A stretch of 64,000 bases of DNA from Octopus vulgaris (Eukaryota), in the NCBI GenBank assembly GCA_951406725.2, contig OX597822.1, positions 32,860,001 to 32,924,000 on the forward strand, written 5' to 3'. The position numbers and the translations under genes were made by a program. The notes below the pieces were generated by a model. That model saw nothing but the letters and a program-made list of their open reading frames with translations, made no database searches and was not told the DNA's origin. How positions within the stretch are numbered: the stretch's first letter is position 1; the number at the start of each line of letters is the position of its first letter. Below are positions 25,471 to 39,491 of this stretch, piece after piece.

Positions 25471-27599
25471 CTTGCATGTATATGGCTATACGGGCGTCTG
25501 TGTTCCTAGCAATCAAATCACTATGCCATATATACAACTCTATGCCAATCTATATACTCCGTCATACCTACGTACATATTTATCCTAACTATCGTATCAA
25601 GAAACATATGGCCTCTTTCACTTTTATCCTTTAACATAATCTAGTTTGTGAACGCCGGCGGATTTTTGCCAAAATACATTAATATGCGTAGAATAATATG
25701 TCTATTGCGGGCGAGTATCCAAAGTAGTAAGATATTTCAGCCAGGTTTTTATTTCATTCTTTCCATTTTTTAAGTTCGATATGTAGAAAGATCTTTTTAA
25801 TTAATCATTTAAATATTTCGTTCTTTCTATCATGTGACAGTTCAGTTTCTATTCAGCTAATTGCAAATCTACGTCTCAAATCTTCCAGCTCTGAAAACTT
25901 ATTTGATTCTTAGAATGATTTCGAAACCTGGAGTCTTTTTTTCTTTTTCTTTACCTCATGTTATAAATTGCTTTTATCTCAAGTTTGTTCCTATTTAAAG
26001 TTGTTATTCTACATTCTTGCCAAGCAACTTTTTATTTGATATCTTAGTACTGAGAGTAATAATTTAATCTTGAACTCTAATATTATACTTCAAAGATCCT
26101 ACAGAAAATAAATATCTAGATACAGAGCCATAAGTGCAGAGTTTCCTACATGTGTAGGAACGTTTATTATACGGAGTTTTCAGGCTAAATTTGACGATTT
26201 TATTTCTACTTATTTTCAAGTATAGTTTGATGTATTGGTTAACAGTCACTGATATTGAAGTGCATAAAGATTAACGTCGTAATTGAGAAAAGTTAGCTGA
26301 CATCGAGCATTGGAAGCAATCTAAATATTGGAAAAGAATTACCTGTATCATGATTATTCCCGCCAGGAATCTAAGTGCCGACGTCATGTGACAGCATTAG
26401 TATAGGGCATGCGCTGTAACATCGTGTCGCTGCATCGCCCATCTGTCGGTGATTCCCTATTTCTTGTGGATGAAACCTCTTCACTTCTGAAGTGATAACT
26501 CTCCAACCCATGGATCTATTTGGATCGTTGCTGGTGAATGTTTTTATAGATCGGAGTGCAAATCCCACGTGAACTTCTTTTAGTCAACTTTTACGACATG
26601 CAGCGGAAACATTGGAGATATTTTATTGACATACCGCTCCCCACACTGCCTATTATGACTGTTGCGCAATGCTCTCTCTACTCAATCTATGCTGTAAAAC
26701 GTGACATGGAAAATATGGAACAATGCTCCACTGAAGGGTAAAGGTCTTTGGGTGTGTCTCCAGTTTGGGTGACGTCATGCCACCTCACATCCATGAATAG
26801 AGACTTAGGATCAATCCAGACACCCATATGAAGCTGTTGGAGTCTGTGGTTAAACTCGGACAGGAGACAATTTCTACTGGCAAGCCATATGTAGGGTACC
26901 AGGATTCGCCGCCTTGCTATAACTGCGGAAGTTGCTCTCAGAGTAATTCTACAGTTACACTAGGCCCAATTTCTGGCCTCCTAATTACCTCGATTGTAAT
27001 CCGGCGGGTTACTATATGTGGGGTAGGCTCGAGAAAGACACTAACCACTTAGCCTGCGATATTAGCGCCAAGATAGTGGAGCGGATCAAGGTGTTCGAAG
27101 ACCTTTTCAAGAACAGAGTGAGGCCAAGGTGGAAGCTGAGAGCGGCTAATTTGAGTAAAATTTTATCTCCAAGCCATAAACAAGTTGATATTTAATTTCA
27201 TATACATTTCAGTATCTTACATTTTGCTATGTGATGGGATAAAATAAAGTTTGAATAAACAGAAAATACAATTAGCAAAGCAAATGGTATCAAACTACCC
27301 ACTAGTGAAATATAGGTAATAAACAACAAAATAGGATACTATTATAGTATTATACTATTATAGGGATATAAATTCTGACTCACACAGACGTGCATATGTT
27401 GTCTGACCATCAGACAGGACGAGAACTGACGTTCTGGATCCAAGGTGTTAAACTTCTATTTCAAGCTTGTATATTTGTTGTTTTTTCTTTCGCATCAAAT
27501 TTCTCTTATATCGTTAGACCTACACTCGAAATTATCCCTATTTTAACCACACTGTCTCTTTGTATACTGTCTATAAGATTTTCTACTGTTCTTTTTTAG

Positions 27600-28700
27600 T
27601 TATATTTTTGTGTTGGTGGGGTGCTTTTCGGTGGAATGTATTTCGAGACAGTTGGTTATTTCCTGCATTACCATTTTTACATCATCAAAATCGAAAGGAT
27701 TCCTGGTGATGTAAAAATATATTTGCGCCCCTCCGAATGCATTCAAGGAAGCTTCTAACTTTTGCTGTCATAACCTAATCCACTGTTGTGAGACTGTTTT
27801 CTTGATAAGGTCAATTATGATAGAAACAAAGCAGAAATATTCCCCATGGAAATAAAAGCAGAGATGATGAATGAATCAATAATAAATGCAATGCGTGGAA
27901 AGGGATTGTCGAAGCCTTGAGAAACTCTATATGTGTAGATTTTCCATCTCTATGTGAGTGTCATTTTTCTTCTACATTGTAATATATTTTGAAACTTTTA
28001 TATGTATAAAGACGCGCGTGAGAGACACTCTGGATTAAGAGGTGAAGCATACGTGTCACTTATTTAACTCCCCCTACACTTTATATGTGCAGTAAAATCT
28101 CCTTTCAAAAATTCCATTTGACTTCATTTTAATTAAGTTGGGTTTCTAATAACCATATAATCATTTCTTTTATATGTCCAGTGATGCATCTAGTTCAATT
28201 AGAAGCATAGGTCTTCAACATTCACATTGCATTCTTAAAATTAATCATTGGCGACATGCAATATGAAGATAATAATTCTATTGAATGGATTGAAATTTAT
28301 CAAAATAATTTATAATTAAAATGATATGTTGATATAATCTTAATCTGAATATGGGATTATGCGTCAACAATGAAGCAAATGACCAATATGTTTTTTTGTA
28401 CAAATTTATGTTTTTTACAATACATTCCTTCTTTTAACATACAAAGTTCCAGTGATAATAACGCATAGAGAAAACTGTCTTCTTTCTTTTTAAAAAAGAA
28501 AATATGATTTCATACGAAGAAGTAAATTCGCTAATTGTATTCTCATTAACAGTAGAGGCAGACAGAAAATTGTTGTGTAATTAGAATATTTGCTTCCTTT
28601 GTATTTAATGCAATCAGGAGATCGTTCACGGAATAATCAAAATATTACTTGACAAGTTTATGGGAGGCTCTTTAAATGAAATGGGCGTCAGCTGCTTGAT
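27600..28700 (-). pseudogene. Possible heavily decayed adhesion-GPCR (GPS + 7TM) remnant
   Basis: Frame-hopping minus-strand peptides in the expected order: YFDYSVND / PDCIKYKGSKYSNYTTIF (GPS-like C.YWD..W..GC..CNHTT.F), LCVIITGTLYVKRR, HKFVQKNILVICFIV, VFIHIKVSKYI, RIAFIIDSFIISAFISMG, SLNAFGGAQIYFY (TM7-like N..QG..IF). Many stops and frameshifts. Confidence 0.35.
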
Positions 28701-29293
28701 TTTCACTAGATATGCTACACAAAGTGATGTCTTCAACGATGTCTCCACGGACTAACATATTACGGGTGTCAAACAAGAAATGGAAAGAAAATTATATTGT
28801 CTACTTTAATATTTTCCAATTCAATTTCTGTACGGCATTGCTTTTGATAGATACATGGATAGACATAGAGATAGATAGATTGATAGATAGATAGATAGAT
28901 AGAAGACAGACAGACAGATTGACAGACAGACAGACAGATAGATACATACATACATACATAGCATACATTGATACATCGGTGAAAAACTAGCAATAAATAT
29001 CCAATGTCTCCATGAATGACACTCTTTGCAGAGTTATTTGATTGAGCGAAAATGTGTGGTATTCATACACGTATGTATACATAGTTATGGTATATTCTGT
29101 TAAGAACGTAGTAGACTACAGTATAATGCTCGTCCGCCGTGAGATTTCACCCTGTGCTATCCAGTAACAGTATTATATGTACTTCCAGGTTTGTGTTTGG
29201 GCTTGTCATGCGTGAATAGATAATTGAAAAAACGTGAATTGATAATTGAAAAAAAAATGGAGTACTCCTTCTTGTTGACTCCAATTTTTTTCA

Positions 29294-29355
<62 letters not shown>

Positions 29356-30717
29356 CATGAAACAATATTTTGTTTGAACATACGAAGTTGAGTTTTTCAG
29401 ACCAATCGCTCTGGGAAACGAAACAGATAAAATAAGTGTAATGCTTCAAAATATATTAATATTGGGATCGCTTTATGCGACTAAAACTCTGCAAGATGGT
29501 GCCCGAGCATAGCCGCAGTCCAGTGACTGAAACAAGTAAAAGATAAAAAAGATGAAAGATAGATAAGTTTGAATTTAGCAAAAGCTACAGTAATAGTAAC
29601 AGCAGTAGTTTTATATTAGCTTTATATATTCTGCAAACAAAACATTGTAGATGTAAAACCAAGCAACAACTGTTATATATATATATACCTAATGAAGTAG
29701 AATGATTATTTTTATGAGATTAAAGTATGCCAATGAATCTCGGTAAATATTATAACCGGAAAATCGGAACGTTGCCTGGCTATCGACCGAAATAATCGAA
29801 GATGTATCCTGTCAGCTATAATGATCTAAGTCACAGGCCAAGGCACTTCAATCTAACAGATGGGAAGATCACCTACCTAGTTGTAAATAAATAACAGACG
29901 GAGTTTGCAGATATAAACGATGAAAGCATTATGTATTTCACGATCGCTTATCTAACTTAAGAGGATGTTTTTCAATCTTACCGTGAAGATAAATTTGTAG
30001 AGAAATGCTAAACACCAGGATAAGGGATACAGCGTGAAACTGAATTCTTCAATGCTATAGAGGATCCATTAGGTTATAGGATGTACATTAGCAACATCAT
30101 GTCAAACACGACCACCACCACCACGAAGAAATATATCTATCGTATGTATATTTAGTTAATACAATGTTTAAGTTACGTGAACCAAACAAGTTATATAGGC
30201 ACCAGCAATCGAACATGTACTATATATTAAGAATATCAAGTTCGTAGATCAGGCTATGGAAGTGCTGAGTAAACCAAGTGGGCTTTTGTCGCTTGCGTCG
30301 ATGATTAGAAACAATGGGGATAACCTAAATATCATACAGATTTAGTTTGATTTGTTTATGAAACACTGCCTGAAGCTGAAGGTTTCATTTGTATTGAAGG
30401 TCCATTACATGGTATAATAATACACCACCGCCACCACCACCACTACAAACACAACTAACACTTGTAATACTATCACCTCTAACACCACTTTCTACTATAG
30501 CACTACCACTTCTACAACTACCAACAACACTACCACAATTACCATCATCACGACCACAACTAGAGCCACCACTGCCAACACTATTGATGATGACCTCCGA
30601 CATGGTTGAACAACCAATCCCAACCAGCCGGGATTCGCAGTACGGGTTGTACTATCTGGAGCTAGATTTGGTGTTGGTGGAGACGTGGTGGTAGTAGTAA
30701 TAGTAGTTGTAATAGTG

Positions 30718-30750
<33 letters not shown>

Positions 30751-31315
30751 ATCACAGCAGCAGCAGCAACAGTAGAAGTAATAGTAATAACAGTGATGGT
30801 GTTGGTGATGCTGGTAGTGGTAGTGTGGTGGAGGTGATGGTAGTAGTAGTGGTTGTTTTTGCTGTTGTGCCCCTGCATGTGGTATTGACACAGTTACCAT
30901 ATGTTCACTTATTGTTTTAGATTCATGTGTAGATGTGAAAAAAACACACAGTCTTTTTGCTTCTCTCCCCTACCGAACTTAACCAAGCAGAACATCCAAG
31001 ATATGACCGTTAAATAGTGTTATGCATCAGAACTCGTCTGGTATTCATCTTCCTTGAACAAACAGGAGGAACGGGACATGAAGAACTTTAGGCAATAACA
31101 AAACGCGACAACCAGTTCGGGAATCGAACCTACATAAACGTGAGTCGAATGTCAAAAATATGAAGCCAACTGCTTCGCGAAACGATGTTCGCTAATTGAT
31201 ATGAATCTAGATGTTCGCAAACAAATGCATTCCATTTTGAACTTAATTAAATTAATATTGGTTCAATGCCTTGAATATTAGGAATATTGGGGTGTAGTCG
31301 ATTAGAAGAACCCAA

Positions 31316-31726
31316 TGATCTTTTCGGTTTGAACGGCAGTTTTTTCTAGCGGTGTCATATGAAATTGTCACTCATAATTATGACCCTAGTATCGATCTAT
31401 TGCATTTCAATCTATTTTAGGGTTAGGGATGGGGGAAGGGTATCTTTTTTCCTTCACAAATGTAAATAAACCCAATCTGTTTCTTAAACGAGGGACATAT
31501 TCATACGGCACAGAATGCTTTTTACCTCAATACACGTCAATGATTGGTTGAAATTGCAGACATTGAAGAAAAAGAAACAACAAATATTTTACAAACTATA
31601 GAATTTTCTCAATAAAGCCAAGAGAAAAAGATGTTTTATAAACACATTTTACCAGTATACGAAGTTTAACATTTTTTAGTTACCTAGAAATCATGTTAAA
31701 AACTGCCGTTCAAACCGAAAAGATCC
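31316..31726 (+). mobile_element. Merlin-like MITE inserted into a family A SINE
   Basis: TIRs (T)GATCTTTTCGGTTTGAACGGCAGTTTTT / AAAAACTGCCGTTCAAACCGAAAAGATCC. Degenerate TSD GAACCCAA / GAACCTCA. The flanks rejoin into a SINE core. Shares ACCAGTATACGAAGTTT with the 364-1831 element. Contains TTAGGGTTAGGG. Confidence 0.8.
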
Positions 31727-33223
31727 GAACCTCAATGCTCAAGTGGTGCTTATTTCAGCGACCCTGAAAGAATGAAAGTTAAATTTAACCTCCCAGAATG
31801 TTAATTTTGATTGTAAAGAAGCGTAAGGAATGGTGCATGGCATTTTGCCGATTCTCCCACCTCGCTACTTTAATTTATTTAAGTTAATTAAAATTTCGCA
31901 TCTGTCTTCCTTGTATTTTCTGACGAGAAATAGTCATTTACACAGTGATTGCTCTACCCCTAAAGGTGTAATGTAATCCATTAAAACTCTCTCACATTAC
32001 GCACCAACTTAAATATGTTTTTCAAACGGTGATTTTTTTCTTTAGACATTCCTGAAAGTGGTGACACCATTCGATGTTGCTATAGTAAACGAACCTTAAT
32101 TTCACATTTGTCATTGCAAATAACGGTGAAAATATACTTTGTTACTAGCATTTAATAAGGTAGAGACATGTTGGAAATTATCATTCTGTTACTAAGTTGA
32201 GGCTCTCTCCCACAGCTTCCGATATTCATTATATTATAAATTGAATCAATATCTAGTGTTGTCTGTCTTGACATTTTAGTGCTTCAATATATGTACATCT
32301 GATATTATCACAAATTATGAAGCTTCAATTTATCAAATTACTAGCGTCCATTTTATATAAATTTACATATCAGCTGAAGCTGGTGATATCGCCTGAACTC
32401 AATGCTCGGATGTTACGCTTGTAGCCAAAAAGGTTGCTTGTTCAGTTCTTGCAATGAACAAGATGTATTATTTCACATCAAGTTAATCTGTTCAGCTCTA
32501 ATAAGCATCAGCTGGGTACAGATGCAACCCTAATGCTCCCTCAAGGGGACGTATTCTAGACGTTCTGCTGTGTCACTTCTACAATGGCTCTTAAGCCATT
32601 TAATGTAAATTTATTACCTAACCATACTCGTACAGAAATGACAGCAGACTGTAGATTTCCTGTGGCTACAATATGCATATCGTAACCAACGAAACAATGA
32701 GCCATGTCTCATACACATGCGCCGCTCTTAAGAAAACGTCAACAGTGTCTCCTCTATATATTTGCCCATCACGCATGAAATTTCCGCCAAATCACGGTTC
32801 TTTTTTTTTTAAATAAAAATTGAGGATGATACATAGTATTGTCCTAGATGCACTATCAAATTATGATGCTATGACATTACAAGAATTGCCATAGATCAAT
32901 TGTCTGTTCGATCAAAGGAGGCCTGTGGTGAAATAACATCACACAAAATTCATAGATCACTATATATAAAATATGACGTCTCGATATATTAAGTATTATG
33001 CTAGTGTGAACTGATTCACTATGTTCGTGTTCGTGTGTTTTATCGTTTGTAGAAATCTGGCAATCAAGCACAGAATATTTATTTTCTTTCCAACTTATGA
33101 TATTTTCACATGACATCATGATATTTCATATGATAGAAATGGCATTCAGATAATATATAAAATACAGTATTGTGCAAGCATGAATATGTATAAATGTCTA
33201 ATTTCAAAGAAAATAATCAAACT

Positions 33224-33277
<54 letters not shown>

Positions 33278-33339
33278 TATTATTATTATTATCATTATTG
33301 TTATTATTATTATCATTATTGTTATTATTATTATTATTA

Positions 33340-33379
<40 letters not shown>

Positions 33380-34880
33380 CATTCCACAGAATATTCCATT
33401 CCAACATATTACACACACAGACACACATATATATAGATTATGTATGTGTGTATATATATGTATGTATGTATGTATGTTTGTAGAAAATGGATGTCGCATA
33501 CCATAGCTCACCTTCCCGCTATGCTTGAGTCACACTCGAAACTAATTCAAATCGCTGATCTGAACCATATACATACTGCAAAGACTTTTCGGTGATGTGC
33601 AACGGCACCTTATAAGTAAAACACTATTCTATCTTGAGTTTGAAGGTTCTTTCCTAATGCAACATTATTGACCTAACAAAACGTATGTTTTCTTTTTTTT
33701 TATATATATTTTTCAGCTGCAATACTTCGTCTAGTGAAAGTCCTTTCAAGACGTAGAGTGTTAAAAACCACCGCCGCACAGGGTATGAAATGTGACCATA
33801 AAGACAAATTGCCAAAGAAACTGTGCATCAGATCTTGACTCGAAGATAACTTATACTCGCAAAGTATACTTCTCAAAAACTTGCTTTGAAATAGTAACTT
33901 ATATGAGTAAAAGTATTGTACTTCACACATTACGATATATGTGTTTTATATGCCAAATAAGTGACATTTTTTATAAAAATCACTGTTTCAAAATTGCATT
34001 ATCCGCAGCTAGTCTTCTGTAAACAGACGTTTGTTCAATGTTTGTATTTGTAAACATGATCACATTCTTACTATAATAGATTATTCAATGACGGAGTTCT
34101 AAATTTTAAGTCGGTAGAATAAGAGTTCAATGAGATTCAGTTGCTATTTCAAGCAAATCGAAGGACCGCAAAGTGATTTGAACTTTATCTTGAGATGCCG
34201 TTATTAATGTATAAAGGTTCAACAGAACGCTTACTCAAACGTTATTGCGCAACAATAGAGAGCAGTCGTAGTTATTGAGGTAATGATTTATGATGTTACT
34301 TAAATTCCAAACATTCTGATTAAAGTTTATATAATATTGCATCAAATGAACGATTAGATGCAAGAAAATATTGCTGCATCTTACCCATTCTGTTATTCCT
34401 CAATTCTGCCTTTACTTTATAAGCTTTTCAGTTTCCATCCATTAAATATTCTTCACCATCCTAGCTCCCACCTCTCTTTCTTTCTATCTTTCTCTCTCTC
34501 TCTCCCTCAATTAGACACAATTTCACATATTGGCAGACACACATACACACACGCACACTAACAAATACACACACAATCACGCACACGCATACACACACAA
34601 ACACATAGAGAGAGACAAAACAAAGATGGGGCTTAAAATGTACGACAGCTGTTTCGGTATCTTCTTCATACATTCATAGGAAAAACGTTGTTGTCTATGA
34701 TATCAATTGTTGATCATGCCCACATAGTAAGTTAGGTAGTATTAATTCATATTTACAAACACCTACATACACACAGAATCACACAATCGCACATACATAC
34801 ATATATATATATATATATACACACGCAATTATGATTGAGGGCAGAGAAAAGCAGTCTTGACTTTTCAATTATAATTGAAG

Positions 34881-34920
<40 letters not shown>

Positions 34921-34921
<1 letters not shown>

Positions 34922-35080
34922 GGAGTAGCTGTGTGGTAAGTAACTTGTTTACCAACCACATGGTTCCGGGTTCAGTCCCACTGCGTGGCACATTGGACAA
35001 GTGTCTTCTACTATAGCCCCGGGCCGACCAAAGCCTTGTGAATGGATTTGGTACACGGAAACTGAAAGAAGCCCGTCGTA

Positions 35081-35141
<61 letters not shown>

Positions 35142-35340
35142 GTGTGTTTGTGTGTCTGTGTTTGTCCCCCTAGCATTGCTTGACAACCGATGCTGGAGTG
35201 CTCATGTCCCCGTTACTTTGCGATAGAATAAGTACTGGGCTTACAAAAGAATAAGTCCCGAGGTCGAGTTGCTCGATTAAAGGTGGTGCTCCAGCATGTC
35301 CGCAGTCAAAAGACTGAAACAAGTAAAAGAGTAAAAGAGT
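34921..35340 (+). mobile_element. SINE family B with internal (TA)n
   Basis: Same head, core and tail as 16237-16640. Confidence 0.8.
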
Positions 35341-35602
35341 ATATATATATATATATATATATATATGCATGTATGTATGTATACTTTAAGGGTGTTGCGA
35401 AAGGCCATGCTGGAGGCTCAACCATCCAAGTTCTTTTACAGAGTTTGCACATAGTTGTGTGAATTTGAGAGGGGTTATATGTTGAATAAAATCGTAATTA
35501 ACTGATCTTCGTGTATTTTCCTTTCCCCAAGGCCAAGAACTTTTCAGTACGCCTTCGCGTGTGTATGTACGTCTATATATATATATATATATATATAACA
35601 GT

Positions 35603-35872
35603 AACAATTGCAGCGTGGAAGGTGTTTATAAGCCTTTTAAGAAACACACAAAAACCGTTAGATTCACTTCAACATTTAAATTTCATTTGTAAAAGTATTT
35701 TCGTCGCTTTGAGTCCGCGACCTGTTCACTGACAAAATTCCGTCAGTGAACAGGTCACGGTCACAAAGCGACGAAAATATTTTGACAAATTAGATTTAAA
35801 TGCTGAAGTGAATCTAACGGTTTTTGTGTGTTTCTTAAATGGCTTATAAACACCTTCCACGCTGCAATTGTT
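35603..35872. repeat. Foldback, ~130-bp arms, 8-nt spacer
   Basis: AACAATTGCAGCGTGGAAGGTGTTTATAAGCC...CTGTTCACTGAC-aaaattcc-GTCAGTGAACAG...GGCTTATAAACACCTTCCACGCTGCAATTGTT. Confidence 0.92.
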
Positions 35873-35922
35873 TTCGTTCAAGCACACGATCTCAGATCAA
35901 GTCACTCGCTATGCAAGTACTT

Positions 35923-35990
<68 letters not shown>

Positions 35991-36685
35991 GAGACAACAA
36001 AGCCAAGGGTGTGTGGAATTTTCAGGAGATTTATAGAGAGAAAGTTACTCCTGCAGCTGTTTCTGGAATATAAGGGATACATCTTCGTCAGAGACGATGT
36101 GAGGTGGTTAAATAAGGAAAAATAGTGGAGTTCAATATAAGGAGTTAGTTTGGAAAAGAATGGAAATAAGAAGTATACAGGGAAATAAGAGAATAAAAGT
36201 AAAAACAAAGGGAATGATATGATTAAATACTGTAAGTTTTGGGATAATTTACGGTTAAAAGTTGGCGGTTTTAATTGCAGCCACCGAAGGACTGCGTCTG
36301 CGCAGTAAAATTTGAAAAGTTAGTTCGTATAAACACGAGACAAGTAGTCTTGATTGTCTCTTATAGATATGTTTAACCCTATGTTGGACCTGCTTAGGAA
36401 AATCAGACCTTGTGAGTTCTCCTTGACTAGCTAAAAGAAGATTAGAAACCAATTGGTCCAGGAAACTAGAATTTTATCCTCAATTTTTGTGGTTATAAAA
36501 CCTAGCTGTTCTTTCTAGCGTGTTGAATCCCTATAAGTGGATTCCTTATGTGTTTAAATATACACTATATTGTATGAATAATATATAGTCATTATGACAA
36601 ATTTTTTTTTACACGTCAGACCACTGGAAATGTAAATTTTAATTGATTTTTTTTTTATTTTAGTTAAATCCCATTTCCCTTTGAT

Positions 36686-36717
<32 letters not shown>

Positions 36718-36788
36718 CGTAAATGTCGAACGATTAAAATGATTCCTCAACACCACATTGGTGGGTAGAATTCTTTTATTTATATATG

Positions 36789-36967
36789 AAGGCTACCATT
36801 GTTTCATGTTAAGAAAAATGTTTTAATATCTTAACAATTTTTCAAGCCGATTACATGGAGGAATGGTGCCCGTTTCCAAAATGGAGACAAACACCATTCT
36901 TCTAGTGATCGGCTTGACAATCAAGATATTAAGACATTTGGCTTAGCATGAAGCCAGTGGTAACCTT
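36789..36967. repeat. Imperfect foldback / MITE-like
   Basis: AAGGCTACCATTGTTTCATGTTAAG...TCAAGCCGAT...GAATGGTG pairs with CACCATTC...ATCGGCTTGA...CTTAGCATGAAGCCAGTGGTAACCTT. Confidence 0.8.
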
Positions 36968-36970
36968 AAT

Positions 36971-37027
<57 letters not shown>

Positions 37028-37090
37028 TATATATATACACATATATATATATATATATATAGATAGATAGATAGATAGATATTCACTTGT

Positions 37091-37393
37091 GGAGACGCAA
37101 TGGCCCAGTGGTTAGGGCAGCGAACTTACGGTCGTAGGATTGAGGTTTCGATTCCCAGACCGGACGTTGTGAGTGTTTATTGAGCGAAAACACCTAAAAG
37201 CTCCAGGAGGCTCCGGCAGGGGGCTGGTGACGATCCCTGCTGTACTTTTTCGCCACAACCTTCTCTCACTCTTTCTTCTGTTGGCCTGATCGCTTAGCCA
37301 GCGGAGTGGCGTCATTTGAAGGTTAAAACAATGCGAAGCGCATTGTGACCAGCGACGTGTAGCAACATCTGATAGCCAGGTCGGTCACGGTGA
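37091..37393 (+). mobile_element. tRNA-type SINE family C, near full length
   Basis: A-box-like TGGCCCAGTGG and B-box-like GGTTTCGATTCC; homologous copies at 22982 and 50580. Confidence 0.8.
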
Positions 37394-38099
37394 TATATTC
37401 ACTTACTATTTGGCTCATAACTAGTAACACTACTCAGTATAAAAGTTAGATAACAACAAGACAGGACGTAGGCTGGATTATATATAAATGTAGCGCTAAG
37501 CATAACTGTTGCAGTCGTATATTTATTTGTATACAAATTTTCTATTTATATATAATAAAATTGAATTAGGTTCATTAAATCATATTGCGTCATTACGCAA
37601 CACCCACAAAAAGTATTCAAAACTTCTCGCAGAAATATTCACATCTGAATAAGGTGTATGGACGCAGATGCGGTGAGTTGTTCGCTCAGACTTGAGCGCC
37701 TTTAATTTATATAATTATGCAAATACATCGGTTAAAAACTAGCAATAAATATCCAATGTCTCCATGAATGACACTCTTTGCAGAGTTATTTTGAACACTG
37801 CATAGATTGTTATCTACAATCTACAGCTGTTGACCACACAGTAGTAACACTTGATGAGATTATGAACATAGTTTTTGTTTACTATATTTTATAATGTGTT
37901 TTCTTTATTTTCTCGTAATTATAAGCCAAACAATATTAATACTGTATTACTTATCAACAAACAGACACATAGCTTCTTTTTTTTTCTTATCAATGCATTT
38001 CATAACTAACTTGCTCTATGAATATTCGTGAATATTTTGTCATTTAGAGCGTTTGATGTTGCACATCTTCGCACACACACATGTCTAACTATGTATCTA

Positions 38100-38980
<881 letters not shown>

Positions 38981-39384
38981 TTGTATGTATGTATATATAT
39001 TCACATTTTTGTATTTGAACAGAAATACAAAGAAACAGACATATATTCACATGCACACGATGCATTTCTGTATTTTTTATGGTATATCAATTACTTTGTA
39101 GTTTTATACATGTGTGGAACACACAGGATGAGAAAGAGAGAGAGAGAGTGAAAGAGAGTGGCAAAGAGAGAAAGAAAGAGAGCGGTAAAGGGAGTGAGAG
39201 TGAAAGAGAGTGGTAAAGAGAGAGGGAGAGAGATAGTGGAAGATACAGTGAGATTGACACTGACACATAAACTAACACTATATATAATTACAAACATATA
39301 CATACATATACGCATATATATATATATATATATATAAGGTCAGGCTAATGTTACTTCGTAATAATACTTATCACTATTATTATC

Positions 39385-39442
<58 letters not shown>

Positions 39443-39457
39443 TATAGATAGACAGAC

Positions 39458-39491
<34 letters not shown>

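Noticed and set aside
30495-30878. Mucin-like poly-Thr ORF
   Set aside because: Degenerate (GTA/GGT)n repeat, open in several frames, with no splice or domain support.
37091-37165. tRNA gene
   Set aside because: tRNA-like A/B boxes are the head of a multi-copy SINE; no proper cloverleaf.
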